A stretch of DNA of 64,000 nucleotides, from NCBI RefSeq assembly GCF_028641065.1, contig NC_073397.1, forward strand, positions 7,812,001 to 7,876,000. The letters run 5' to 3'. Both the position numbers and the translations under genes were made by a program. Below, one piece after another: positions 62,811 through 64,000 of the stretch (positions are counted from its first letter, which is position 1; each line of letters starts with the position of its first letter). The DNA comes from Leucoraja erinacea (lineage: Eukaryota). The notes under the pieces were generated by a model that saw only the letters and a list, made by a program, of their open reading frames with translations, did not search any database and was not told the origin of the DNA.

Positions 62811-63730
62811 TACAACAACCTTCCCACTGACCACCGCGCCCGAGACTATGGCTTTCTTGCCAACAGTCTCACCCAGCACATCTAGAAAGGCCTTGAAGGG
62901 CAGGTTGCTCTGCATGTACATTTTTACACCATATGTGCGCCCCATCAACTCGTGACCCTCAGTCTCGGAGACTGCCGACCGTGCGACAGCTGCGTAACTC
63001 TGAGGGACCGCCATCTTTAGGGCGTGGCACAACACACAAAGTATCAGTACTTTATACATCAAAGCAGCCTTTCTGCTGTTGCTGCACCTCCACTCTTTTC
63101 CAGCAGTCAAATAGTCCTGTGAAGGCTTTCTTGGCAAGCAACAGAAGCAGTCTCCTCCTGATAAGATAGGAAATGTCCGTGCCAATCCTTCCCGTCGTTA
63201 AAAATGGAGCTTCCAAAGGCTTCTCCCCCAGGTCTCCATTGCCTTCCCGGCTTCAACGAAATCCAAGGCACTGTTGCCGTTCTTACCCAGCACACCTGGA
63301 CCGGGCAAGTCGGTGTAGGAGGGAGCTTTCCGATGTTACTGTCCACAAACACCGCTCCAGTCTCAGCTCCGACCTGTACAAGTGTAACTTGGCCTTCCGC
63401 CAACCACAGGCGCTCCTACGACTTTACAGATAGACGGACAAATTCTCCCTAATTAGAGGAATCTTTGAAACAAAGAAAGTCTCTGCAGATCGACGAAGCT
63501 CTGAACTGCAAAGTCTGACTGCTTTTGTTTCTCCCCGCCAAACAAAACCTAACGAAAAGTTCATCAAATCCTCCCCGCCAGCAGAACAGCTCCTCTCCTG
63601 GCCCCGCTCTGGGAGTAGAAGTGGGGGCGAATCCAGACCGTAATGGCTGTGAGCCCCAGGCCGAGCTCGGCGATCGTTTGCCTGCTTCTGCTGCTGTTGG
63701 AGGTGAGATGTTGCGTCGTGCCAGGTTCTT

Positions 63731-63957
63731 GGGCCTGTCCCACTTTGGCCGTCAGTTCCGTGACAGGCCGTTGGCACGTGAAGATTTAGTTCGCTACAAA
63801 AATTCTGGAGTCCCGCACGATGTCCCGCACAACTCCATACCCCTCCGCGCTTCTCAGTGGGACTGGCCCCGTGCGGCCATACGATGCCCGTGCATCTCAA
63901 CGCGGCGACGAGGTCGCGTAATTTGCATGCCAAGGACTCGTAAGTGGGACAGGGGCT
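63731..63957. mobile_element. PIF/Harbinger-type MITE
   Basis: GGGCCTGTCCCACTT ... AAGTGGGACAGGGGC inverted ends, related to 42259-42554. Confidence 0.7.
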
Positions 63958-64000
63958 AAACTCTCAATCTATGCTTAATTAGATCTTGCCAGAAAGAGCT

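Larger units (their letters stand above)
56410..63598 (-). mobile_element. Tx1-clade LINE with both ends present; disrupted
   Basis: 12-bp TSD TGGCCCCGCTCT (56398-56409 / 63599-63610). ORF1 (SYAAVA..., SNVPTFVPD, FRRHV, RCHACKKVG), ORF2 and poly(A) end are all present. Confidence 0.93.

Overview
Vertebrate genomic DNA. The repeat set (CR1/HER1-type LINEs, HE1/V-SINE-type SINEs, Penelope, Rex1/Babar, Tx1) points to a cartilaginous fish, probably a skate or ray; this is inference. The only host gene I can support is the 5' part of a PIEZO mechanosensitive channel gene on the minus strand. It has six coding exons of 64, 96, 102, 43, 169 and 226 nt, all with GT-AG boundaries and matching phases. 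The ATG is at 51510, intron 1 is 38.2 kb, and the gene continues past the left edge. The protein is PIEZO2-like but divergent and may be the third vertebrate paralog, piezo3. Most of the rest is transposon-derived. Highlights: (1) a dispersed family of Penelope-derived short repeats carrying a minimal hammerhead-ribozyme core with covarying stem II; (2) a Gypsy LTR element whose gag-RT block is inverted relative to its LTRs, PBS, PPT and integrase; (3) a TSD-bounded Tx1 LINE interrupted by a Tc1/pogo-type MITE, which itself carries a tRNA-headed SINE with a Rex1 tail; (4) an out-of-frame uORF overlapping the PIEZO start; (5) near-identical inverted Rex1 copies bracketing exons 2-3. There is a 169-nt N gap at 618-786. 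Family names come from motif recognition, not database searches.
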